Positions 32,602 through 42,500 of a stretch of DNA of 64,000 nt are shown here, in pieces. The translations under genes were made by a program, and so were the position numbers. The stretch is taken from the NCBI GenBank assembly GCA_977017575.1, contig CDRNVI010000029.1, forward strand, positions 868,001-932,000. The letters are read 5' to 3'. The DNA is from Paramoeba atlantica. Taxonomy: Eukaryota; Protista; Discosea. Within the stretch, counting starts at the first letter, position 1, and every line of letters begins with the position of its first letter. Below the pieces are notes generated by a model. The model searched no databases. It was given only the letters and a program-made list of their open reading frames with translations, and had not been told where the DNA came from.

Positions 32602-33635
32602 TCACGCACAATAGAGTAATACACTTCTTGTAAGGCACTTTTCTCCCCGTGAATACGCTTCAACTTGGAGTCTAATTCTTTGCGAGTTAACAGGAGCCCC
32701 ATCTACCATGAGGTAGCGTAACTTCATCAGATTTTCATCCGATATGCAGGAGCGCAGTGTCGTAATCAAGGCTTCGGACATTCCAATGCCATTGTAGCCT
32801 TTGTGCTTGGGGTGGTAAATCGGGGGCAGTACGAAATGCTTACGACCAACGTACAAAATCGCAATCAGGACATGCTCATGTAATACGGTATCAACCCCGC
32901 CATCCACTGCCATGCCAAAAAACGTTGCTCGATCAATTCATTGACCAAGGCTCACACCTTATCGGCGACGCGGCGTTCGTAGCAGTGAAACATCTTCGCA
33001 CTACGTGTTGCGTCGATGACATCCTTTGAATCTATTTTCGAAGGGCGGAGAGCTTCATATTCTGCAACGAACTTAAGGAAAGCATCCGTCGACAGACTAT
33101 GTTTCGCGGCAAGACGTGGCCAATCAATTCGTACAAACTGCTGGACTTGGGCTTTCTGTGATTCCGCGTCTACTTGTGCGTCGGTGTCGCTGATTGCGCC
33201 TGTGCAAGTCTTTAAGTGCTTATAGCACAATGCTTCAATCCTACTGTGTGTTATAAAAGAGCATTGCGTACATTTCACGTGTCTAGCGTGGCCCATGCTG
33301 TCGCATTTAATGGTGTTGACGGGGTTTTCGGCAATTTTTACGGCCCAAGCTTCACATCCTTTTTCAGCGCATGTGAAGTCACATCTCTCATAATCCAAGA
33401 TGTTTTGATTTCTGAGAGAACCGAACGATAGGGGGTTATTTCCAGTATTGCTTCTTCCTCTACGAGGGCGAGGAGAATCCCGGATCAATGCATTTTCCGC
33501 ATTAACCGCTATTTGTGTTGGAGTTGTTTCTAGTCGCTCCATTACGGCAGCCGCGTTTTCTCGATGGGCTTCCGCAGTGGCGTTCCTGCGTCTTCGAGTG
33601 TTCGGGGGAGTAGGGTACTCGATCGGACTTTTCAT
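32602..33635 (-). pseudogene. hAT-like transposase, N-terminal half
   Basis: Cys/His finger (CTQC...HLKTC), then a stop at 32952-32954 and a frameshift into ATFFGMAVDGG...YNGIGMSEALITTL...LMVDGAPVN. The two Asp motifs are about 66 aa apart, as in hAT DDE cores. The C-terminal half is absent. Confidence 0.65.
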
Positions 33636-33935
33636 TTATGTGAAAAAGTGCTGGAGCTTAAAATAAGTTTAGAACGTCAAATAATGAGGATGTCACGTAC
33701 ATTCTATTTTCTTCGCATTAAATTATTTAATACAATGTATATTTAAAATATACATTGTATGCAAAATTTATGTGTGGGAAAAAAGTAGTAATTACTACTT
33801 TTTAAGTAGTAACTTTAGTAATTACTATAGTAATTACTAGTTTACTAGTCTAAGCTATGGAATTCCATGACCTCCCAAAAAATTACGTAAAGTACATGAT
33901 TTTAACTACTCGGCATTTGGTCCCTGCTGTGTAAG

Positions 33936-34676
33936 ATGGGGGCGGTGTTGCTCATGCACCGCCTACGGCATAAGGGTGCTGCGGTGTCTGTAGAGACACT
34001 CGAGCACCTCATGCTCGACAACCATACTTTACAGGAAGGCAGATTACTCGACCCGAATGCATTGAACGCCTACGAACCTTTGACTTACGAGCCTTGGATT
34101 AATGCGGCGGATGACGATGGTTTTCGCACTAGGGACCTGATTCGCGAGCTTCCGGATTCGCCTGAGTTTGGTTTACGCGTTAATCAGTTCTATCATGATC
34201 GCACGTTTATTAAGCAGCAAGAGCGTTTGTTTAATTCTGTATTTTGCAAGTGGATTATTTTTGCGCGTTTGATACCCAACTGGAATGAAGGTGTGCACCT
34301 CGAAATGGGACGTGGTATTGTGCAGACACTTCGTGACGCGTACTGGCGAGCACGCCGCGTAGATGTGGACTTGGTCCATCAAAAAATGGAGAAGGATATC
34401 CGTCCGGACGACAAGTTTTATCATCACGTGAATGATCAATTGGTTGAGCGACAGAAGCAATATGCACGTGTTCAGTCTTTCTCTGCTCCACCATCTATGC
34501 AAGTTTCGCGTCCCAATCAGTTCCCACCGCGACATAATGCATATCCTCCACGACGAAATTTATTATCCTTTGGATGTCGGTCGCCTGATCACATTTGGCG
34601 CAACTGCACGAAGCGATTCCAGCAGGATTTTCGAGGACGGGTGGCTGGCCCTGCCCACAGCAGCAAGAGTTTCTGA
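33936..34676 (+). CDS. Gag-like protein with degenerate zinc knuckle
   Basis: 246 aa ending SFGCRSPDHIWRNC (CX2CX4HX4C with first C to S). First ORF of the YR element. Confidence 0.6.
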   Translation: MGAVLLMHRLRHKGAAVSVETLEHLMLDNHTLQEGRLLDPNALNAYEPLTYEPWINAADDDGFRTRDLIRELPDSPEFGLRVNQFYHDRTFIKQQERLFNSVFCKWIIFARLIPNWNEGVHLEMGRGIVQTLRDAYWRARRVDVDLVHQKMEKDIRPDDKFYHHVNDQLVERQKQYARVQSFSAPPSMQVSRPNQFPPRHNAYPPRRNLLSFGCRSPDHIWRNCTKRFQQDFRGRVAGPAHSSKSF

Positions 34677-34763
34677 CAAAACCACACCCTAACGGCCAGT
34701 TCTATAGTAACATTCAAACGAAACAGAGCGACACTTTTAACGCAACTTCCCAAGAGGAGAAGA

Positions 34764-35582
34764 GTGGAAGAGAACATTGTACCAGTGGATGTTCGCAATG
34801 TGCAGAATTTATCAGGGAGATACGTGAGATTCGAGAGTTTTTACGGCGGAACTTTGAGTTTGCAAGTAGCGGATACGGCGCGGAACTGTCTCAGATCGCA
34901 AAAGGTGGCTGTTTTTATGAAGAGCTGTAAGACTCCTATCTTTGGATTGCAAGAAACTAGGCTCACTTTTGAAAGCAGCGAACCGATAGTTCATCGTAAA
35001 CTCTATATTGAAGGCATTTGGCTACATGTATATCTTATGAGCGCAATAAATGGATATAATGGTATGGCATTTATTAGCCGCATGCAATTATTTGTTGAAA
35101 AGGTCTCTGACAGAGTTATGAAAGGGACGATTCGTTTTGGAAGCACAAAAGCAACGCTGTTCAATGTTTATTCCCCCATTGCTTCTTCAAAACAAGATAT
35201 TCAGGAGGATTTTAATAATTCACTGTTTGACGCTTGGCACGAGTCTAATGCAGCACTAAAAATTATCTGTGGTGACTTTAACGCTCCTCTGCAGAATCCG
35301 TCGGGCCGAAAATGCTCGTCAAAGAGAGCTAAGGCTTTAAAAGAGTTTCTTGAGAGTTTGGGTGCGAAATCAGCCCACGGGACCACCAATAAATCCATTG
35401 GACCACCAATAAATCCACGCGCTCCACGCGGTACGTGCCGTCACTGCGGAAAAAGAGGCCATGAAATCCGCGATTGCACGGTAAAGATCGTACCAAGCGA
35501 CTTCTTGCACGGGCAAGACAGCGCCTACAAGCGTAGTCGTTCTGGCCCAGTGGTTCAGAACAACAAGTTTCGGAAGCAGTAG
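34764..35582 (+). CDS. Truncated apurinic/apyrimidinic (EEP) endonuclease domain fused to a CCHC knuckle
   Basis: IFGLQETRL, GMAFIS, TLFNVYSP, IICGDFNAP, then CRHCGKRGHEIRDC. No C-terminal SDH motif. In frame with the gag ORF across one TGA. Confidence 0.75.
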   Translation: MEENIVPVDVRNVQNLSGRYVRFESFYGGTLSLQVADTARNCLRSQKVAVFMKSCKTPIFGLQETRLTFESSEPIVHRKLYIEGIWLHVYLMSAINGYNGMAFISRMQLFVEKVSDRVMKGTIRFGSTKATLFNVYSPIASSKQDIQEDFNNSLFDAWHESNAALKIICGDFNAPLQNPSGRKCSSKRAKALKEFLESLGAKSAHGTTNKSIGPPINPRAPRGTCRHCGKRGHEIRDCTVKIVPSDFLHGQDSAYKRSRSGPVVQNNKFRKQ

Positions 35583-36180
35583 CTCAGAGTTGCAAAAAGT
35601 TAATATAATCATTTCAACTGATTGATACAGACACGTAGGGGCCATTGTTTACAGGCACGTATAGTTATGTTGCTTATCTCTTCAAAATGTGCTTTCGAAA
35701 ATTTTGCGAAACGGTAAAAATCCAGATCAGAATAATTGGGCTTGAGAAAAAACAAGTCTGTTCTTAAAAAGAATTATTTAATGCGTAGTATCCTGCCTTA
35801 AATTGTTTTTAACAATACAGAAAACGCACGTAGTACGTGGGCTCACCATCCGTTTTTTACAATATCGGCGTTTTTAACGATTTAAAACGAATACCTTTTA
35901 CCGAAATTGTTGATTAGAATTCCTTTGACTCAAATATAACGCGAGAAGTTCTCAATATAGGTTCTCATTCATATACAGTAGATATGATATTTTCGTTCAC
36001 ATACAGCTTTGCAAAGCTGCAAAGTCTCTTACATAAAATAGCCAATCATCACCACTTGGATAGGTAAAACGCGAAGGCGCGAAAGTAATATCGACCTAGT
36101 GTGGCTCCAAAATTAGTTCAAAATAAAAGAACAGTTGCAGAAACTTTAATGCATTCTCTTGAATATACAATATAATTACT

Positions 36181-37047
36181 ATGGCCTGGTCCAGACGACG
36201 CCGTATAAGTGATGAAGCTATACAGGCTGATACACAAAGACTGATTCAAGCTAATGTGCATTCACGGCTCTCTCAATTTGCTGTCGCCCCATAAGCTGCT
36301 CGAAGACGTTCTCTTGACTTCTCAAGAATTGAGCATCTCTTGGGGGTGCACGGTGTGTGTAACACAACCGAAGAAGCGTTCTTGACTCTTTGCGCATGCC
36401 TCTCAAGGTTTTATCGGGCCTCAAAGCTCGAGGCTCTACGCTCCGCCCTAGTGTGGCGGCAGCTTGAAGATGAACCCATAGAGCGATGCTGGTCTCAAAC
36501 GATCCGTTTTCGCCGGCGGTTCAAAGGAGCCACCCGTTTGTGCCTGGATCCACAATCCAGGGGTTCAGTCACCTTTAATCAATTAAAGCAGCTGACCGAA
36601 TACTGCCAGGAAGCCGGGGAAACAGAATATGCTCGAGGCTTTGCCATAGCTTATTATGGCCTCCTACGGCATAGTGAACTGGAGTTGCTCCGCAGAAACG
36701 ACGTTGAAGGAGAAACTGCGACACTTCGCATTCGCGGTGGGAAAGGTCGTCTCCACTATGAGGTGGACATCGTCCAGGTACCGGAAGTTCAGGAACTAGT
36801 GACCTGCCTCAAAAAAGACGGGAACACCGTTCTTCTGCTACACTTCTGGAACAAAGTAAAGGCCAACGCGTTGATTCGTGCATCAGCCGTGCACTTTGAG
36901 TGGAATAGGCAATAGAACTGGTCATTCCACTGTCTTCGTCATGGCGGTGCCGGCCATCTGACTCGCCAAGGTGTTGATCTCTCCACGCGACTTTTACGTG
37001 GCCGATGGATGTCATCCTTCAGTGCAGAAGCTTATTCTATGATATAG
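36181..37047 (+). pseudogene. Tyrosine recombinase (integrase family)
   Basis: One frame from ATG 36181 with stops at 36292-36294 and 36913-36915. Catalytic set YGLLRHSEL (R), RGGKG (K), HCLRHGG (HxxR), GRW (W), AEAY (Y). Confidence 0.88.
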
Positions 37048-37321
37048 CCTTATCCATCTGTTCTGTACGAGAAACAATGGCTATCCGTAGTGTATAGGTG
37101 AGTCAGGTCGTTGTGCCTAATATATAACCTTGTGTCATTTCACATACACACTATTCATCCAATGTCAATTTCCTTGCACACTATATACAGGCGTGTACTA
37201 TCATACTATTGCGATATATGTACAGTGTACCGTTTCGTCATTCAGTAATGTCAGGAACATAATAATATGCCACATTTGTTCCTCGCAAAGCGGTTTCTTA
37301 TATTCTTCTGTTTTGTATATT

Positions 37322-39045
37322 ATGATGAGTTTCAAAAACCTTGAGCATGAATCGGACAACGGATATTTCAGCCTACAGCAAAACTACGCTCCCACACGTG
37401 GAGCGTACGCTAAGGACAGCGACCCCCTCTGCCCCCTGAAAAATATTGGTGGCATGATTATGACAGACGACATGTTCCAAACAAAATTTGGACATAATGC
37501 CAAAACGCTCTTGGGAATGTCCCCCTTCCCATCCCAAGAAATGATCATAGAAAATGATGATCCGGACTTCCAACACTACAGGTCTCATCTGCAGGCGCTC
37601 AAGGACTGCAACGTATTGGTCCCCGTGACTCGGGAGCAAGTTACGGGAGTTGGAAAGTACATGGCGGTTCTGAAAGATGATGTGCATGCACGGGCTATAT
37701 TTGATTTGCGTTACACTAACTTCATACATGTATTGAAGGAATCCCCTTTACTATTCCTAGTACGGAACAGCTCATTCAATTCTTATTGCATCTTGGGGAT
37801 TGCGCTGAAAGGGGGTTCCGTTTCCTTCACGGGGATATTAAGAACTGGTACTACCAGATCCCTATTTCAACGGAACTAGGGAACGCCTGCTGCATTCGAC
37901 AGGGATCGACATACCTTCGTCCCACTGTTCTCCCAATGGGATATAAGTTAGCTTGTGGGATAGCGCAAAGCATCATGTGGAATGTTTTGATTTACCGAGA
38001 TCATGCTAGCACGGACCTAAATGGCGCTGAATCTATGCTTGATATGACTGAAGCTCCGGGGATCGTACCTCTTCGTGAGGGAGGATTTATCGCGCTGATG
38101 TACGACTCATTTATGATTGTTGCTTCGGAGACGACGGTAAAACGGTGGGGAGAACACCTGGTGCACAATTTCCGGAAGTTCAATATCTTAGAAAAATATC
38201 TGACGATAGAAAAAAGGTCATGCAAATTCTCTTATTGTGGTATTCAAATTATTCAAAATGGTGGCCGTGTTTCCTGGGCAGCAAACGAGACCACAGCTCA
38301 AAAGTGGTTGAAGGCAGCGAGAAACCTGTCAAGCATCACACCCCGTATATTATTCCAATTTTGTGGCTACTTGCGCCATTTAGCTACTATACTAGGAATA
38401 CCACCACGAGGACTAGGAAGATTGATCAAATGTCAAAGTGTTTTAGGCGAAGTGGAAAATTGGGATGGGATAATCTTCGAACAGGGCGAACGAGAGGACC
38501 TATTAAAAACTGCCCTACGTATCATCCGCGCAAACTCGACTCCCCGAGACTGCACCATGTATCGCAGGTGTGAACATAAGCGAACCTTCTTCGCCGTTGT
38601 AGACGCGACCACAACGCGCTGGGCCGTTTGGCCTATGAAGGACGGATTCCCTATAAAAGAAAACGTCTTAGAGCAAGAGTGTCAGTTAGCTATTGTATTG
38701 GCCGAGGCGACAGCAATATCCAAAGCGATAAGCATCGCAGTGCGCAGCGGATTCGCGAACATAATAATTGCGAGCGATAACACGGCCGCGTCTCGTGCGT
38801 TCGCCAAAGGATTTTCAAAAATTGAAGCATTGGATTCCATAATACGAGTTCATCAATATTTTCACGGGCGAATTGTCTTAGCTGACATCGCAAGCGAAAT
38901 GAATCTCGCAGATATTGGGACCCGCACAAAAAAAGAGTACAGCCGCACCGAGTATGATTTTCGTCGTACAAGAACATGGGAACAGCTTCAAACGGCGTGG
39001 CAAATTTACAAATCGTATGGAACATTTCTAAGCAGAAACAAGTAG
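37322..39045 (+). pseudogene. Reverse transcriptase / RNase H, DIRS/VIPER type
   Basis: ARAIFDLRYTN; a 1-nt frameshift near 37747; HGDIKNWYYQIP, VLPMGY, LMYDSF; RNase H VVDAT, LAEATA, IASDN, SEMNLADIGTR. Confidence 0.85.
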
Positions 39046-39080
39046 AGATTATCCATACCTCCTCATTATAAGCATAAGTG

Positions 39081-39148
39081 GAAGCTTTATCTCATATCCG
39101 CATGTATTATTATATGAAGCTTTATCTCATATCCACATGTATTATTAT
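39081..39148. repeat. 35-bp tandem duplication downstream of RT/RH
   Basis: GAAGCTTTATCTCATATCC(G/A)CATGTATTATTAT at 39081 and 39116. Confidence 0.85.
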
Positions 39149-39604
39149 TACATTAGTGATAAACAGTTCATAAACACTTATGACATACACTCTAATGCGT
39201 GTATACACATCACCTCAAGATGTATACATTTCTTACGTCCACCTTCTTCCTAAGTGTGCTATACTTACGATCGATATCACGATGCTGCGTAATAGTAATC
39301 TATTATACAATATACATAGAATTATAAAAGTATACATTTTAGGCTTATAAAGTACGGGAAGCAGTACGTCATCAATGTCCATTTAAGCTCTGACACAGTG
39401 ATTGATAAATGCGGTGCACGTGCTTGAATGGGAACCCTCCTAGTGGGACTGGCACATAGTAGGTTTAATAGGATTCCGATTTTGGGCAAAATTCCCTTTT
39501 AAAGGGGGGGTGCATGGAAAATAATGTGAAAGAAAAAAATCGGCGCCGCTTTGCGGCGCCTTTTTTTTATCGTTGTTAAACAAGGGAGACTGTGCAAGTC
39601 TTGG

Positions 39605-39684
39605 TTGGCATGAGTTGGCATGAATTGGCACAAGTTGGCATGAGTTGGCATGAATTGGCACAAGTTGGCATGAGTTGGCATGAG
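39605..39684 (+). repeat. Left subterminal array, 8 x 10 bp TTGGCA(T/C)(G/A)A(G/A)
   Basis: Read directly; shows a 30-bp higher-order period. Confidence 0.9.
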
Positions 39685-39824
39685 TAGCCATATTTTTGTT
39701 TTATCAGCCAATTTAAATCTTTTTTCGGTGCGTTCTGCAAAGTTTAGTTACAAATGTATATTCGTTAAAATTCATCTAAAGAGTTCGGTATTCAAGTTTT
39801 TTTTTTCTTTGCACCACATCACTT

Positions 39825-40615
39825 ATGTCATTCCAAGCATCAATCTATCGCCAGATGTGCGAAGGAAAATGTCAGAAAATGACACCGTTCACTCTTCCCA
39901 CCGAAGGTCGATCATCTTTTTGTGTTTATTGCAAATGGTGTGTCGATTCCGAGCAGCACAGAGATGTATGTGTGCAATGCTTGCAGTATGGGGCATTCAA
40001 CGGTTCTGATGTTTGTGCGACTTGTGGGCAATCACAAGTCGTTGAATCTTTTTCTCCTCCCCTCCTTCAGGAATTATTGTCATCCGATCTGGACCTTGAA
40101 TCAGTAAAGCGCACAGCCAGCCAATTCTTTCGGAAGACTGTTTTGGGGTTGTGATTTACTTTTTCGCATGTGGCGTATGCCCTTATTGCGTGCAAAGCCA
40201 GCATTGACTGGGCTGATGACGGAACTAAGTTTTTGCGGGCAGGCATTAACTACGCCAAAAAGTTCCGATTGTCTGTGAGTTCTAAAGACGAACGTGGCAT
40301 GGCAACAGTATTAAAAAACATTTGGAATAGCTTTGTCGGAGATTTGAATCGAAGGCGTGTGACGATTTGGTCCGATCTAAACGCTTGACCTATGTGGAAA
40401 AGGCCAAGGAGTACGTCGAATCAAGCTGTTGGGAAGAAGATGTTCCAGAAGTTGCGGCGACAAAGCTTCTTCAGCTCGGAGCCGTCATTCTTCATGATAA
40501 ACGGAAGAGAGGCCCACTGGTTCTTCACGTCACTGTGGAGAATAGTGCGAAGGCTAAGAGGAAGGAAGAAGATAAAAAGGCGAAAGTTCATGTGGAAAGT
40601 ATTAATTCAGTTTAA
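39825..40615 (+). pseudogene. Harbinger-element ORF1, Cys-rich protein of unknown family
   Basis: CVYCKWC...CVQC...CATC; in-frame TGA at 40152-40154; frameshift near 40385; basic C-terminus. Confidence 0.6.
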
Positions 40616-40791
40616 TTTCCGTAGGTGATGTTAAGTTCGAAGTTGTGAAGCTAGTTGTGAAGTCTTTAACCAAAAAACTGACGTTATTTATAATACGCTA
40701 TTACAATAATATGTGTAAATTCATAAATAATACAATCAAAAAGTACTTAAAAATAATGGAGAGCTTAAAAACTAACTAACATTCTCGAACT

Positions 40792-41862
40792 ATGTCAAAA
40801 GCCGTTTCTGAACTTGACGTTTGTGGTGTTCGACTTGATGCCCTACATTATCTTACGGAAATCATGCCCCTTAACTATGGAGATGGGACATTTGTCACAC
40901 CTGATGAAATTTTTGCTAGCTTTCTTTTCTTATACACCGGCGGGCGATACAATACGATAGCTTCCCACATGTCGAAGCGTGGGTGGTCCTATCGTAGTTG
41001 CGTTGAAAAAATACCTCGATTCTTTAAGACATTTGTTGAGGTAATGGCACCCCTGTGGGTATAAGACGATTTTGTTGAAAAAGTAATTGATCATGACTGC
41101 AATTCTTCGCATGGATTCTGGGATTCGGACATCAGTGGGGCTGCAGATACCGTTCCCATATTTATTGACCAAACGCCACACTGCTTCCAACCGAAATATT
41201 CCGAGTATGTGTTGAAGGCCTTTGTTGCATGCACATTGTCGGGATTTGTCTGCTTCGTATCGAGTAATCTTTACACGGGGGCGACTAACGATAGCGTAAT
41301 TTTGGAACATTCTAAATTCTTACCATTCTTACAACAATATCGAAAGCGTGCGTTTGTTGATGGGGGATTCAAAAAGTCAGATCTCCTTATCATTCCTCAT
41401 AGAGCGACTGCAATTTGGCCGAAGAAACCTCTTGGAAAATCACGAAGTGCTTATGAGCAAGAAGCTTTGACTAAGCTCCAATACAACGAAAACATTGCCC
41501 ATTTTCGTTCACGCATTGAGCATGTTTTTGGCCGAACATTCATTGGCCGATGGCTGGCACTAAAAAATTGGACACATTCTTTTGATTTGGCCTTTGGAGA
41601 CTGCTTCAAAGCAGCCCTCATTATACATAACCTAGAAGCTTACCTGCGCTACGAATGGGGTGGGAAGTTTCCCCGATTTTTGACAACTGAGGAGAAACGC
41701 GTCATTCAATCCAAAATCTCTGCTTGTGAAACACAGCGCAAGCGTTACCCCCAGCCCGACGCCCCAGCACCGCAACAGACTTTACATTCATTCTTTAAGG
41801 GACAGTGGACCCCCATAGTTATAGACGATGATGATAGCACCGACGAGGGGGCGCTCGAGTAA
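40792..41862 (+). pseudogene. PIF/Harbinger (IS5-like) DDE transposase
   Basis: Single frame with one TAA (41062-41064). GAADTVPIFI (D1), YTGATNDSVI, AFVDGGF (D2), NENIAHFRSRIEHVFG (E), IIHNL. Confidence 0.85.
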
Positions 41863-42024
41863 TACTGCATGAACGAAAAATCTCTAGTTTCATCCCTCAT
41901 ATTATTAAGTTATTATTATATTGTTATGGATATTCCGTGGAGGGGGCATTGAGGTCCAGGGTATGAAAAAATGCATGTGATTTCTGTATCCCTCATTATT
42001 CCCTCTCATTATTCCCAGTTCTGG

Positions 42025-42104
42025 TTGGCATGAATTGGCATGAGTTGGCACGAATTGGCATGAGTTGGCATGAACTGGCACAAGACGGCACGAGATGGCA
42101 CCGG
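42025..42104 (+). repeat. Right subterminal array, 8 x 10 bp TTGGCA-type units
   Basis: Same unit and same orientation as the left array. Confidence 0.9.
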
Positions 42105-42446
42105 TTAGCTGCACAGTCTCCAAGGTCCTGCTCCCTTTTGATAAACTTTTGGTTGTTGGGGTAGACACGGAAAAAAAAATCCGCCGCTTCGCGGCGGATT
42201 CGAATTTTTTTTTGATATTCCCTGAAATCTATTTTGGCCTTCCAGACAAAATGGCCCTATTAAAGGGGGGGTCGCACGTAGCTCTATTAAATAGGGGGGG
42301 GGGGGATAGTATATTATACTACAGAGTGTTCTTTGCCACCAGTGAAGCGCCCCAGGAGAGCCTTGCGTCCCCGTACCCGGATTGAGCCGGGAGCCGGAGT
42401 TGGTACTTGCGGCGCTTGCTTGTGGGGATGGCAGACGCTCTTGTAC

Positions 42447-42500
42447 CAAACAAACAAACAAACATTCAAACAAACAAACAAACAAACAAACAAACAAACA
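42447..42500. repeat. (CAAA)n microsatellite, interrupted once
   Basis: Read directly. Confidence 0.95.

Larger units (their letters stand above)
27214..33859 (-). mobile_element. hAT-like DNA transposon (decayed)
   Basis: 32-bp TIR CATAGCTT(G/A)GACTAGTAAACTAGTAATTACTA with 1 mismatch (27214-27245 / 33828-33859), flanked both sides by GAATTC (27208-27213, 33860-33865). Subterminal TAGTAATTACTA palindromes. hAT-like transposase remnant inside. Confidence 0.7.
33866..39400 (+). mobile_element. Tyrosine-recombinase (DIRS-order, VIPER/TATE-like) retrotransposon, decayed; termini not identified
   Basis: Gene order gag - (APE fragment) - YR - RT/RNase H, all on the plus strand. YR before RT is the VIPER/TATE arrangement. 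Confidence 0.8.
39585..42121 (+). mobile_element. PIF/Harbinger-like DNA transposon, 2537 bp
   Basis: 12-bp perfect TIR GGAGACTGTGCA (39585-39596 / 42110-42121). 3-bp TSD AAG (39582-39584, 42122-42124). Two ORFs including a DDE transposase. Confidence 0.88.

Noticed and set aside
39605-39684. Regular short repeats as a possible CRISPR array
   Set aside because: Contiguous 10-bp units with no spacers, no cas genes, eukaryotic context; they are transposon subterminal repeats.
33936-41862. In-frame TAA/TAG/TGA as evidence of stop-codon reassignment (Blastocrithidia-like code)
   Set aside because: In-frame stops occur only in mobile-element ORFs that also carry frameshifts; long host genes such as RAD50 have none.
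42290-42311. G-run followed by ATAG|TA, resembling another TA-element right end
   Set aside because: No matching left end found in the window.
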